From Octopus vulgaris (Eukaryota), in contig OX597814.1 of the NCBI GenBank assembly GCA_951406725.2, forward strand, positions 108,872,001 to 108,936,000: a stretch of DNA of 64,000 nt. The letters are read 5' to 3'. The notes under the pieces are model-generated. The model did no database searches. It saw only the letters and a list, made by a program, of their open reading frames with translations, and was not told the DNA's origin. Position numbers and translations under genes: made by a program. Below are positions 10,082 through 24,096 of the stretch, piece after piece (the stretch's first letter is position 1; the number at the start of each line of letters is the position of its first letter).

Positions 10082-12513
10082 TTAACAGACGTGTTTCTGC
10101 AGATAATTCTCTATAAGACTAAGTTTAGAGAGCTGTTACTTCTTTTAGTAATAAGATGCTTTTTCTCTGCAAAAAAGCTTGCTGTATGAAATACACAAAG
10201 GAACTTTGATGGGGAATTGTATACCTAAGATGTGTTGGGGCTGGAGAGAAATGAGTCAAGTATGATTCATTTGATGTGTAAAAGAAAACTAATGATGTTG
10301 CTATAGAGTTGTTGTGATGAATTCTGGGCAGAAAAGTGTTACATGATGACAGTTGGAGGTGGTTGAGGAAAACATGGACATTATGAGATTAGAACTTGCA
10401 TTGCCAGGATATACCTGGACTTGTATTTGGTTTGCAAGATTCTTGATGTGAATTTATGTTGAAACAAATCTTGTGTCTTGGGAGGCTCAGTATGCCAATA
10501 ATAATAAACACACACACTGGTTCAATATCACTTCTTTATTGTTAGTCAGTTCATTAAATATCTAACCAACTAACTAATCAATTGTTTGATTACTGTGTTT
10601 GTCAAAGTTCTTTCATTGCTGTTCACAAATCATCTCAGTGACTTCGCCACTCTTTTCAAGGTGTTTTATTTGTATTATAAAGAATTCTGTGAACAATGGC
10701 ATTGTTGCTTACAAGTTTCCAATGAACCAACAATTGGATCACTGCATTTACTACAGCTAGAATAAATGATAGCCTGATTACATGAATTTTAGTCACTTCC
10801 TTCTTGCCTTCATGACATAAAAGATCTGTAAAGATCATTTTTACTAATTAGAATATTAGTATTTGTCAAGTCCACCATGAGTCTCTTTGATTCCAGACCA
10901 TGATTCTAGGTCTCAAGCTTTTCCTGTTACTCTTCCTTATTTCAGCAATGGGAGACAAGTCATCCTCTTATAGAAGTTTTTACCTGAGTCCGAATTCTGT
11001 GATTAAGGGTTTGCAGAACCAATGTGAAGAGTAAAGGGCTCAGAATGGAGCCTTAATGAATATCTACTACCACCTCAAATTCTTCACTGTATGTATTATT
11101 GGTTTTTCTAAATCAACAAAGTGAAGTGCTGCTATTTAATTTTGGTTAAATAATTTACATATTGCCTTATGGAATATGGAATTATTCTACAGTTCCTGCC
11201 TAAACTTCAAACTGAACCATGTTCTTTAAATTTTCTCTCCTGACTTGCCTTACAATACTTCATTACCTATTAATGTCATTCCATTTGCGGGTACCACTTC
11301 TTCTGCCACAGGAGTTATTGGTAGCCCCTAAGTCAACCCTGACACCATCAAATCTATAATCAAAAACATTCCAGCCATGACCATTTCATCTTTTATTCAG
11401 AGATAATGTGTCAAGGACTACATCATCCAATGTATCTCTTTGATGTTTTTTTGGTTTTTTTTTAATATGGTAGGGTGTTATTTGATGGAGATTTGGCTGC
11501 TATTTCTGACAGGTCGAATGATTGTGTGGAGGCTACTATGTTGACTCAGTTTCATAGATGTTAATAATGGTGGTGGTGTTGCTGCTGTCTTGCCGCTTCT
11601 TGAAACAGATGGCTTTTAGGGAGAATTTGGTTAAAACTATACATTTGACATATCTGAATAAATACTTAAAATCCAATAGTTTTTCCCTAAATTGTATCTT
11701 GCTGGCTACCACACACACACACACATGCACTCATACACACACACACACACACACACATGCACTCACACACACACACATGCACTCACACACACACACTCCT
11801 GCACATATTTTATTAAAATATTAATATTTTATTACAATTGCTTCAATGCATTCTTGTTCTTCAAAGGCCAGACTTTTATAATTCTATAATGCCTTGAGTA
11901 CTTCCAAAAGTTATGGTCTACTTGATCAGTGATTGCTCCCTATATATAATGAGTGTGTATATGTGTATGAGAGAGAGAGGTAGGGGATAAACAGAGATTA
12001 TATACCTAAACTGTAGTTCTATTCAGTCTGTCCTTTAGTTGACTAATGCACATCAGTGTTGTGGAAAGAAGACTTTCCTTTCCATCATACTCACTTGTAG
12101 AGTTCACCACCATTTTAACTTATCATCCATGTCCAACTCTGGTTTGTAATCCCAGTTATTTCACATAAATTAACATATATGAAGACTGTTCACTTTCAAT
12201 ATAAATTTTAGTGGATACTTTTGTGTTTTTGTACCATTTTTGCATACTTGTATACATTTATCATCATCATCATTGTTGTTGTTTTTATGTCCTTCTTTTT
12301 CTATGTTGGCATGGGTTAAATGTTCTAGCATATTTTCTACTAATGGATGCTCTTCCTGTCACCAACACTTACCTATGTGATTTTTTTCTTTCCACTCTCC
12401 TCACACATAGAAAGTGATGGGCCATGGAAACATAAAGAATTTTGCTTACTGGGGACTGTAAATGAAGACATTGTTTTGTTCAGGTGTTATTATTGAGGAC
12501 ATGTGAAAACAAT

Positions 12514-12544
<31 letters not shown>

Positions 12545-15267
12545 TACACACACACCCAAGCTTATCAGTTTCTGTCTACCAATTCCATTCACAAAGGGTT
12601 GATCAGCCTAGGCCTATAATGGAAGACATTTGCCCAAGGTGTCACTCTATGAGGTTGAACCTGAAACCATGTAGCTGAAAAGCAAACTTCATAACCACGT
12701 AGACATACCTGCACACACACCTATTAACTTGTATGTCATACTTAATGCAGATACATCATGGAAAGCCAAATTTAATGCTGTATTTGTTCAGAGATATATT
12801 TTCTTAAAGACATACACTGTTAAATAGCTGCAAAGTGGTTGGAGTTAGGAAGGGCATCCAGTCATAGAAACCATGCCAAAGCAGATATTAGAGCACAATG
12901 CAATCTTCAGGCCTGTCTGATTCCATCGAATTGTCCAGCACAAACCATCATGGAACATGGGCATTAAAATGATGATGATGATTACTGTATATTCATGTAG
13001 GAGAATGTGAGAATCACACATAGATTGCTGTTGTGGAATAGCCAAGCAAAGATCTGTAAAATTATTGAGGGGCTGACAACACTGTACCACTTAGCCAATA
13101 CTGGATTCAATTTTCAGACCATCGATTGATATCATCCCTGCTCATTACCAAATTGTGATGAGGTCATCCATATTAATGTATGGTTTTAGTTTTAGTCTTT
13201 ATTCCTATTATAACTTACATTTGTTTGTTGATGATCATTAATAAATTACATTAATATATTTTAGTTCCATTCTGGTTCGTTTTGTTGCTGCTCGTCTGTG
13301 AAACTGCAACATTTGAAGTCTTTACTCATAACATTGGTAACGTTTCGTTATGTAGTTTACACGTTATAGTTAGTATTTGTTTAATTCCAGATCTGTCCTT
13401 CTTGAGCAAGTCTATGATCAAAGATGTTCCAGCTGTGACCATCTCATCTATATGTATATATTTTTTTGAGACATTGAATATCAATTGTCCTGTTATTAAT
13501 ATGCTAAATTGTGATTAGGTCAAGAAGGCCTTTGTAAGTTTGGAATTGTAGTAGTATAGGTACAGGTGTGGTTGTGTGGTTAAGATGTTTGCTTCTCAAT
13601 CTCATGGCTTTGGATTCAGTCCCACTGTGTGGTATCTTATACAAGTGTCTTTTACTACACCCCTGGCCAACCAAAGCCTTGTGAATGGATTTGGTAGACA
13701 GAAACTGAAAAAAGCCCATTGTGTGTGTGTGCTTGCAACTCCTTATCCTGGCATCACAAAATACTCTTGAGCATCAGTTAGACAAGCAGTGTCAATCATT
13801 TCCAATATTTTGTGGAAAAAAAAAACAAAAAGGAAAAATGGATTATAGGGAGATATTACTTTGCTTGGAAACAGGTGAAGGTTGGCAACAGGAAAGGTAT
13901 CCAGTAGCAGAAAATCTGCCATCAACACAACTCTTTCTGGCCCATGCAAGCATGGAAAAGTGGATGGTTAAGCGATGACAATAATGATAATGGTGTTAGT
14001 TTAGCTGGAGGTCAGCTCTGAACAAGTGGACGTATGATCGAAAGACATTCCTGTTGTATTCATCTTGTTTTACTTTTTCAGAAACTGTAAAAGAGAAAAA
14101 TGCAAATGGAATATATAATTTCATAATTTAATTGAGTTAATTAATTGTTACCTTGCTGTTAATTATTGACTCAAGATTCTTTAGATTAGTGAAATGAAAA
14201 AGTACAGAAAATTATATTTTATAAATTTATATTTTACTGGGAAAATGTTTCATAGTAGCAAGAATTATAATGAACCATTGTATAATTTGATCCATAAACC
14301 TTCTCTTTATAACTGGGAAAGAGGATTTGTACTAAAAAATTAAGTTTACAAAAATAATTAAATTTATCAATTATCTTACTCGTTACTTCTCTAATTAGCA
14401 AAATGAATATTTTCATTTTAATTGAACTTCTTTCTTTGGCTTCAAGAGTTTAGTGTGTGTGTTGTTGTTGTTGTCATAAGAATTTATAAACTTTGGGAGA
14501 CCATAAAATAATTCTTTTTTGGAATGTTGGATCTCGAAGCAGATAAGCTATAAATAAAAGTTGTGTTAAAAACCCTTTGACTTTTTCTATCTAAAGAATT
14601 TTTAAACCCAATATTTGCACACTATTATTTGTAGCTTACTTGCTTCAAGGTCCAGTGTTCCAAAAAGGATTATATCATGGACAGATGAGAGTCATCGGCT
14701 ATGGGTGGTGGAAGTGCCAGATCCCATGATTTCACTCTGCTATGGGTTCCTCAATGACAGATGTCCGGCAGTACAATAACAGCTGAATCTCCTGTCAACG
14801 ATATAAATCTCAGTGTCTATTCGGGCTCTGGTGCCACAAATAGCGATTGAGTTTATTAAAATATAATTAATAGTGACAGTAGCAGTATTAATAGCAAAAG
14901 GTAATCCTGATCTCTAGCTTAACATCAAACCAGAGATCCCACCCAAATGCTTGCAACAGAGTGGACCCCACTAAACCACCTAAAGATCAGGTGATGATAT
15001 CAATGAGATGTTGGAAAATGAAGGACTGACACACACTGAAAGTCTCAGTAATGGTAAAAATATGTAAATGGATTTCTTCATTTTGATGATGAATATGTAG
15101 TTAGGTGGTTTATAATGCTTAATAATTAAGTAAGCAGTTGTGTTAATAGACAAGAATAACCACACAATAGATATATGTTTCCATACATTTATTATGTTAA
15201 ACAGTATATGACAAACATACAAAGAATATTTATATCATTAAAAAACATTTCTGTAAGGATGTAGGTA

Positions 15268-15485
15268 CAGTAATCTCTCAACTATCGTGAGTGTTACGTT
15301 CGAAAACCCCCCATGAGAAGTGAAAATCCGCAAAGTAGAAACAATATTGTACTGTATATTTTTAAAATTATTTTTATGATTTGTATATATTTTATTATAA
15401 ATACAAAACAACACCATGGAGGAATCGATGTGAGCTTAAATAATAAACCGCAATAGGTGAACCGTGATATAGCAAGGGATTACTG
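15268..15485. mobile_element. Tc1/mariner-pogo (Tigger-like) MITE
   Basis: TA|CAGTAATCTCTCAACTATCGTG ... CGTGATATAGCAAGGGATTACTG|TC: imperfect TIRs beginning CAGT, with a TA target on the left. Confidence 0.6.
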
Positions 15486-17022
15486 TCGTGCTTAAAGCTT
15501 TACAATATGGAAGATAAAGAGAATGTTCTTGTTAAATATGTTCTGTGACATGTGTCTGTTATTAGAAAAAAAATAAAGGAAAAAGAAGATAATTATTTAT
15601 GTATGTATATGTGTATGTCAACACATTTAAATAGAAAGATAATTACCTTTGTTGAACATTGTATACAATGTATGTTATGTAAGGACAAGCAGCAAAGTTT
15701 GGAATTTGAGTTGGATCTGGTGTGGGGTTCAAATCAACAGCATTTCATAACCTTGGGCAAGACTTCCTAGAACCTTCAAATTACAGTTTGGCAGAAAGCA
15801 TACACATCTCTCCTTTAACATTTTCTGTCCTTAGTTGATACATACTGGCCAGTGCTGATTGACTAGTAAATGCGAGTGTTCCGTCCTCTCAAAGAGCTGG
15901 TCATGCCCTTTATGGGAATGTAAGTAGATTGTAGTTCTAAACAGGAAATCTGAGTGGAGTGGTTCAAATCTTGGCCAAAGCCTCATCATCATTTAATGTT
16001 TGTTGTCCATGCTGGCATGGGTTGGACAGAGCACTAGTTTTTCAATGAACTACAATACTTACTCATTGTAACAGCATGTAAGTGGCTGCAGCTTGACACA
16101 GTGTATGACAAGGCTGGCCCTTCAAATTACAAGTACAATCAATTTGAGAGGCTTCACACAGTTTCACTCAGTATTATGGTACTTAACCATAACTGCATCT
16201 TTAAAAGACATCCTAAAGATCAGTTGATGGGAAGTGTTTTGTAGAGTGACCTTTTCCCATTTTGCTCTCATTTTCTTATGACTGACACAAATTTAAAACA
16301 GCAATGACTCTACTTGATGAGGAAATGCAATCTACAGGAGGAGTATGTGGCCCCTGTCAATATTAAGCTCTTGAAAGGTCAAAAAATGAAGGCCTGAATT
16401 GGAACCTGGCCATGATAATAAATAATAAAAATGTGTGCTTTTATTCTACAATGATCTTCAATCCTTTTGATAATAACCAGCCTGAGATTACTCCGGGTTC
16501 TTTCATACAAGCTTCTTGTTTTAAAGTGATCTCAATTAAAACTTGCCATCAAAATCTCATGTTAATTTATGTTCTAAACGCCAGCTTAATTATGATAAAA
16601 TTATTTCACCAATTTCTTCATTATTTTCAAAATTAATTGAAACAAAGGCTGTGTATTTCAATAAAAATACTAAAGGGTTAAAGCGAAACTTCTTTGAGAT
16701 ATTTTATGTAGTTATAATAATATCATATAAGACTTCATTTAATTAATATTCTTTAATAATTAATGTAGTAATTATTTAAGATCTTAAAATATCTTCATTA
16801 ATCAATAAATTGAAAATGTGGTACATTCTGTATGTTCCTTCATGTAGATAGGATCTCAGTATTAATTAATTCCTGTTCACTATAAACCATTTCAGTTGGT
16901 TTTTAAAACGTAAGCAATACTGAACACATTTTACGGTTGGCATCAGAAACTATGCAAATAAGTCTTTATTAAAGATGTGTCTTGTAATGAATTCAGCTAT
17001 AAATAATAGCTTATAATATATT

Positions 17023-17462
17023 GGTGGCAAGCTGGCAGAATCGATGCTGCACTGGGCAGAATGCTTAGCAGCATTTCATTTGTCTTTACATTCTGTGTTC
17101 AAATTACACTGAGGTTGACTTTGTTTTTCATCCTTTTGTGGTTGTTCAAATAAGTACCTGTTGAGTACTGGGGTTGATGTAATAGATTTAACCCCTCCCC
17201 TAGAATGACTGACCTTGTGCCAGAATTTGAAACTAATATATTCCTTTCTACTAAAGGCACACGGCCAGAAATTTTGGGGTAGGGGTCCAGTCAATTACAT
17301 TGCCCCCCCCCCCCCCAATGCTTAACTAGTACTTATTTCATGAACCCCGAAAGGATGAAAGGCAAAGTTGATCTCAGCAGAATTTGAACTCAGAGCATAG
17401 TGGCAGACAAAATGCCACTAAGCACTTTGCCTGGCGTGCTAACAATTCTGCCAGCTTGCTTC
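17023..17462. mobile_element. Two Deu/Nin-domain tRNA-SINEs in opposite orientation
   Basis: + copy GGTGGCAAGCTGGCAGAATCG...GTTCAAAT...GACTTTGTTTTTCATCCTTT...AAGTACC, followed by a - copy ending AATTCTGCCAGCTTGCT. Confidence 0.6.
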
Positions 17463-20400
17463 CTCCTTTGAAACTAATATATTGGCTTCAAAATAAATCC
17501 TTGGATGGAAAACTTCGATATTAGAGTATATTAAAATCATTATTATCATTATTAAAGACATTACCAGCCTCTTGTATTTAGTCAAGAGGCTACTTTAGTG
17601 TAATTTGTAGCACATATGTCTGGTTTATAGATGTTCAAGTCCCACGGGAAGCTTTTTGACTTTTTTTTTCCACCCAAGAGGTTTTTAATCCACTTTATTA
17701 TTATAAGCTGTTATTTATAACTGAATTCACTTAAAGTCACATCATTAATAAAGAGTTGTTTTCAGTGGGTAAGAATATGTCAATAAAGCATAAAATAGAT
17801 GCAGACCAAATGAGTGCTTGGTCCAGATTGAATTTCTTAGATCCAGCACCTTAATGATGGGAGACATAATCCAGTTAAACAAAGTAGGAAACACACTGGT
17901 CAAGCTAATAAAAATAAAGATAAAATTAAAGATAGACAAATAGTGTTTAAGGCATCAAAGCATTTATAAATAAATTACACAAATATAAAGCAGGAAGATA
18001 ATCCGTGGTGGAACTTCATAAATAGGTTCATTTACATATTTCTCAATCTTTCGACATTGGTCTTCTTGGTATCTCTATATTTGATACATTTACTTATCAA
18101 TAGTTCATTTTCAGCTAACCAACTCTGTTTTCTTCATTTTCTCATAAATTCTACTATTTCAGTTTGGTATTTGAAATCTATTTTATTGTATACTATCAGA
18201 TGAATTTTTATGATGTAACCTTAGAAATGCAAAGTTTGTTCAGAATTACATTAGAGTTTTATTGTTCTATATATTTGATATTTTTGGAAAGACAGCAATG
18301 CATAATTGTTTTGCATTTTGATTTAGTTTTGCATTCTCTGTGTGTGTGTGTGTGAAAGAGAGAGAGATGGAGAATATTTTGCAATATTGTATTTTTAGAT
18401 TAGAAATGTGTGAGCACTTTGATCCAAAAGTGTAAGAATAGTTTTAAGAGTAGAGATAAAACTTCATTATTTTAACATCCACTTTTCCATGCTTGTATGG
18501 CTGGACTGAGTTTATTGAGGCAGATTTTATACGACCAGCTGTTTTTCCTGCTGGCAATCCTGACTGGTTTCCCTTGCCCAGACGTGTTTTTGCAGAATAT
18601 GGAAACGAAGGACACTCAAGGACTATCACACAATGTCAAGAGAAGACCACACACACTCATACACACATGTACACTCACACCCATATATACATAAATGTAC
18701 ATGCGATGATCTTCTTTCAGTTTTTGTCTACCGAATCCACTTCCAAGACTTTGTTTGGCCTGGGGCTATAGTAGAAGACTGCCACCCAAAATATCATGCA
18801 GTGAGACTGGGCCCAAAGTGCCATGTGGCTGAGAAGCAATTTCTTAACCACCACCCACTACACTCTCAGAGTGGTTGACGTTAGGAAGGGCATCCAGCTG
18901 TAGAAACACTACCAGATCAGATTGGGGCCTGATGCAGACTCCTGGCTTCCCAGACCCCAGTTGAACCGTCCAGCCCATGCCAGCATGGAAAACAGACGTT
19001 AAACGATGATGATGATGATGGCCATGCCTGCACCTGTTTAGATAAAACTTTAATACTAAAATGTATTAAAGTCATTATCATAAGTACAGGCATTTTAATC
19101 ACTTTTCATCACCAGTTTATTGTCTTTAGTTATTGATCTCATGATCTGTAACTCCTTTTCAATTTCATTGCTCATAATCAACAATATCTAATAATGCATT
19201 TTATCTAAAATTTAAGGAGTCTTAGCTTGGGTTGCCTTCCTGATTTACTGGTCCCTTTTATTATCTTTATTCTTTAATTTAGAAGAAAATTGTAATGAAA
19301 CGAAATTGGTTTTCAGGAGTTTCAGTAAAATTTGACAATACAGTCATATTTTATTTGCATATCTAGAGTCTATATCTGTCTGTCTATCTATCATCATCAT
19401 CATCTCCATTCAACATCCACTATTTTATGTGTGCATGGCTCAGACAGAATTTAAAGCAGATTTTCTACAACCAGATGCCCTTCCTGTCACTGACCCTCAC
19501 CTGCTTCCCAAGCATAGATCACAAAATATCTATTGATATATGAGGATAAACATATACACACACACATACAACAGGCTTCTTTCAGTTTCCATTTACCATA
19601 TTCACATATAGAAGGCAGATGCCAAAGATGCCATGCAATGGGACTGAACCCAAGATCACATGATTGGAAAGCAAGCTTCTTAACTACATGATCATGTCTA
19701 CCTGTAGCCACATCCATGCTTCTATATATAGAGACATAACCATGTGGTTAAGAAATTTGCTTCGCAATCACATCGTTTTAGGTTCTGTCCCACTGTGTGT
19801 CACTTTGGGCAAGTATCTTTTACTATAGTTCTGGGCCGACCAAAGCTTTGTGAGTGTGTGTATGTAGTTGATGTTTGTGTGTAGTTGATGTTTGTGTGTC
19901 TGTGTTTGTAGGTCTTCAAATCACATGACAGTGGTAAATGGTTGTCACTCTTGTTCATTCCCAATATTCTGTGAAACATGTCTAACCCTGGGGAAATATA
20001 ACCTTGCTTGGAAACAGGTGAGGGTTGGCAACAGGAAAGGCATCTGGCTGTAGAAAATCTACATCAGTGAATCCTGTCTGATCCATGAAAGCATGGAAAA
20101 GTGACATTAAAACAGTGATTTATATATATATATATATATCATGTATGATAAATATGTGTTTGTATATGTACAATTTGTTTCATTACTTTCTTCTTATCAT
20201 CATCATTCAACAGCAAGGTAGTGAGCTGGCTTAAATGTTACCACTTTGGGCAAAATGCTTAGCAGCATTTAGTCTGTCTCTAGGTTCTGAGTTCAAATTC
20301 TGCTGAGGTTGACTTTACCTTTCATCCTTCTGGGGTGGATAAAATATATACCAGTTGAGTACTGGAATCAATGGAATCGACTTACCCCATCCCCCGAAAT

Positions 20401-20958
20401 TGCTGGCCTTGTACCAAAATTTGAAACTATTACTATTGTCATCAAGATGACAAGAAATAGATACCTTTTGCATCATTAACTTCTGCATTTATTATTTAGA
20501 CAAAAGACATTGTATCCTCTCACATCTTCAATTTATTTCTGTCCAAAAAATTTCAGTTTTCATTTTTTCCCTTTTGCTATAACATTGACGTTATTGTAAT
20601 ATTACAAGTTTTACATGCTGTGTCATGTGACTCTAGCTGATGATCATGTGATCTATACTATTTAACAGAGCTAGCAGTTCAATATAGAGAGCTTGATTAC
20701 AAAGAAAAGAAAAAAAATCTACCATAGGGTGAAGGATCACATACGTTTTCCAGAATTGCTTGCATGACTACTTTATTGTGAAACTTGAGCAAATATTTAA
20801 GAAATTTCTTCTATACCTTCTCTATGTGACTGATATAAATTGTTCACAGGCTGCCATGTTTCACATATGACATTCAATACAAACTCTTTTGTTATTATAA
20901 CCAACAGTACACGTATGGACGTTGCATCTTATATACTAATGTTTAAATACTCCTGTAG

Positions 20959-21025
20959 ACTGACTCCTGACCATATACATTTGGGACCTGGTGAAGAGGA
21001 ACCACACCAAATTCTTAACACTTTC
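20959..21025 (+). CDS. Internal exon of the unidentified + strand gene (LTPDHIHLGPGEEEPHQILNTF)
   Basis: Branch-like TACTAAT, TCCTGTAG acceptor, open non-repetitive frame, GTTATG donor. The phase-0 end fits the exon at 30203. Confidence 0.55.
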
Positions 21026-23909
21026 GTTATGATGTTTCAGTTGAAATCGTTGACATTTTATCGTTTGTCCGATAATTCATTTGGTTTCTTCTTGACCACT
21101 TCTTCCCCTCTGTCCGTGTTTATATGCCCTCTTTATTTCAATTAATTTCAAAAACAAAGAAGAATATAGGGAAATAACTTTGTCAATATGAAGCTGGTAT
21201 TTGAGACATAGATTAACATGAAATTTTGATGAAAGGTTATAATTTAGATCACTTTAAAATAGGAAGTTTGTATCACAGAACCAGGGGTGGTCTCGCTGTT
21301 GCAGAGAACATGTGATTTAGGGCCATATTAAGTTGTGTTTATTTGCTCTTTGATGTTGGTTTGACAATCAGAAATAATAAAATACATATTAATAATGACA
21401 GTTTTCTTATCCTGATATTTTCTTATTACTTATCTATTTTCAATTAATCTAATGTTACTTTAACTATGAAATGCTCCACATCAACTTATCATCCATTTCT
21501 CTTAATTTTTTGCCGAACCACTAAGTTATGGGGATATAAACTCACTAACACCAGTTGTCAAGTGGTGGTGGGGAAAAACACCGACACACACTCACAAATA
21601 TGTGTGTGTGTGTATCATCATCATCATTGTTTAACATCCGTTTTCCATGCTAGCATGGATTGGATGGTTCAACCGGGGTCTGGGAAGCCAGGAGGCTGCA
21701 CCAGGCTCCAGTTTGATCTGGCAGTGTTTCTACAGCTGGATGCCCTTCCTAATGCCAACAACTCCATGAGTGTAGTGGGTGCTTTTTATGTCCCACCAGC
21801 ACAGGTGCCAGGGGAGGCTGGCAACGGCCATGATTGGTTGGTGATTTTTACGTGCCACCGGCATGGAAGCCAGTCAAAGTGGCGCTGGCATATGTATGTA
21901 TGTTTATATATGTATGTATATATGACAGCGTTCTTTCAGTTTCTGTCTACCAAATCCACTCACAAGTTTTGGTCAGCCCAAGGCTATAGTAGAAGACACT
22001 TGCCCAATGTGCCATGCAGGTTGCCATACTGCCTGAAGCAGTAGGGTCTTCGACTAAGTATGATTCAGGGTGGGAGGTAGCTTTATACTGCAGAATGAGA
22101 GGTTAAAGTAAGAGAGAAGGGTTCAAAAGAGAACCAGTTTCTTGCTGTAGAAGTACCGCATGGTTACTCACAATGTAGAAGAATGGCTGTAAGTGATCAG
22201 AGTGGAGCTGAAAGGAGAGATAAAGTAGTGATGAAGAGATATGAGGATGTACCCTCATGATTGGTGTAAACCCAGGTCCAAAATTTTTTACAAACAAGGT
22301 CGATATTTTTGCTGTCTTAATATCAAATCAAACACAGGTATGATAATAATAACAATTATTAATATATTTACGCATCAATCCAATCAGATAGATCCAGTAA
22401 TGGAAAAGTAATGTTTCAAACCATCCCAAAAATGTTTCTACACTCATTTGTTTTGGCAATGAAGTTTTTCTGGAGGATGTTCAAAGTATTTTCATTGCCC
22501 ACTACAAATTTTTTGGGTTCTGTGCTTGCACCTCCTGTTCCCAAACCTATGGATAGGAGGTGATTAGCAGTGAGTGTCATATGGTAAACTGTTATAGTTT
22601 CATTCAGTGAGCTTGCAGAATTGTTAGAACATTGGAAAAATGCTTAGCGGCATTTCTTCTTGCTCTTTACGTTGGCATAGATTGGATAGTTTGACTGGGC
22701 TGGCAAGCTGGAAGGCTGCACCAGACTCCAGTCTGATTTGGCATGGTTTCTACAGCTGGATGTCCTTTGTAATGCCAACCACTATGAGAGTGTAATGGGT
22801 GCATTTGTGTGCCACCAGCATGGGTGCAAGTTATGCGACACTTGAGTTCATATTCTGCTTAGCTTGACTCTGCCTTTCATCCTTTCAGAATAGATAAAAT
22901 AAATACCAGTTGAGCACTGGGGGGGGGGGGGGTAAGTGTAATCAACTAGCTCCTCACCTCTCCCAAAATTTCAGGCCTTTACTAGAAAGAATTTTTAAAC
23001 TATTAAATGCTTAATTATGTATTATAAACAAACTGATAACTCAGCCTCTGATGAAGTTTCTTTCAAATTATATTGGTTATTAAACAGTGATCATAATACA
23101 TCGCTAAGTCTTATGATATTCTAAGGTTCCAGACATGTCTGATGGAGAAGTGTATGTAACATGAAATGATAACCATATTGTTAACATTAGCCATTTATGA
23201 AATTTATTATTGAGATATTTTAATCTTACATTTCAAAGCATTTTGTAATTGAAACATTTTCTCTGTAATTTAATCTTGTATATTTTGGAAGATACCAACT
23301 TGGAAATATTTCACATCCAGTATCATTATAGAATCTTTTCATGTTGATTCATTAAAACAAATGATTTTGTGGCCAATTATTAGAAATCACACAGCTACTG
23401 CAAAGTAATTATAATTTTTATAATTACAAAAAACAGCTGTATTCTTTAACCCACGTTTAAAAACATACCATGTTAGATGTCATCCTCAGCAGAATCGCTA
23501 GGATGCTGGGCAAAGTGCTTGCAAGTATTTCATCTAGCTTTACATTCTGAGTTCAAATGCTACCAGGGTCAACTCTGCCTTTCATCCTTTCAGGGTTGGT
23601 AGATTAAGTACCAGTTGAGCACGGGGTGATGTAATTAACTTAACCCCTCCCCCAAAACTTGCTGGCCTTGTGCCAAACATTTGAAACTAATAGAAATAAT
23701 ACATTTCGAAATCTCTCAGAGAGATTTATGCAGTATCAGCACGATAAAGTGATAGTATGTTGTCAACTTAATGTGACAGTCCCATGAAAGGGAAGAATGC
23801 TACTGTTCTTTAGCCCTAGGAAAGACCGTTTCCTGTTGGACTTGACACATTTCCTGTTTCCTTATGATTTCAAAGTGGAGACGAGCACCTCCACCCTGCA
23901 AAGCCAGCA

Positions 23910-23952
23910 CCCAGAGACTAGTTTCAGAGCCATTGCTCATCATCAGTCTGGA
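23910..23952 (-). ncRNA. Type-I hammerhead ribozyme motif, near-intact
   Basis: TCCAGA-CTGATGA-T-GAGC-AATG-GCTC-T-GAAA-CTAG-TC-TCTGGG: stem I, stem II, palindromic ACTAGT stem III and a GUC cleavage triplet. Confidence 0.7.
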
Positions 23953-24048
23953 GTAGCATGGCTTGCTAGCTGTCGGTGCATATCCACCTTTGAAAACATA
24001 TATTTCAATTGAAATACATTCACTGATTTTTGAAAATAGCCATGCTAC

Positions 24049-24096
24049 TCCAGACTGATGATGAACAATGCAATGACTCTGAAACTAGTCTCTGGA
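24049..24096 (+). ncRNA. Type-I hammerhead motif with disrupted stem II
   Basis: TCCAGA-CTGATGA-TGAACAATGCAATGACTCT-GAAA-CTAG-TC-TCTGGA; perfect 6-bp stem I and intact core. Confidence 0.6.

Noticed and set aside
12990-13340. Candidate upstream exons of the + gene (also 22388-22563)
   Set aside because: AG/GT sites exist, but the frames hit stops or give no recognisable, phase-compatible peptide.
21466-22044. 192-aa ORF and the many 'FLQLDALPNANH' ORFs
   Set aside because: Chance frames through high-copy SINE and RTE-tail repeats.
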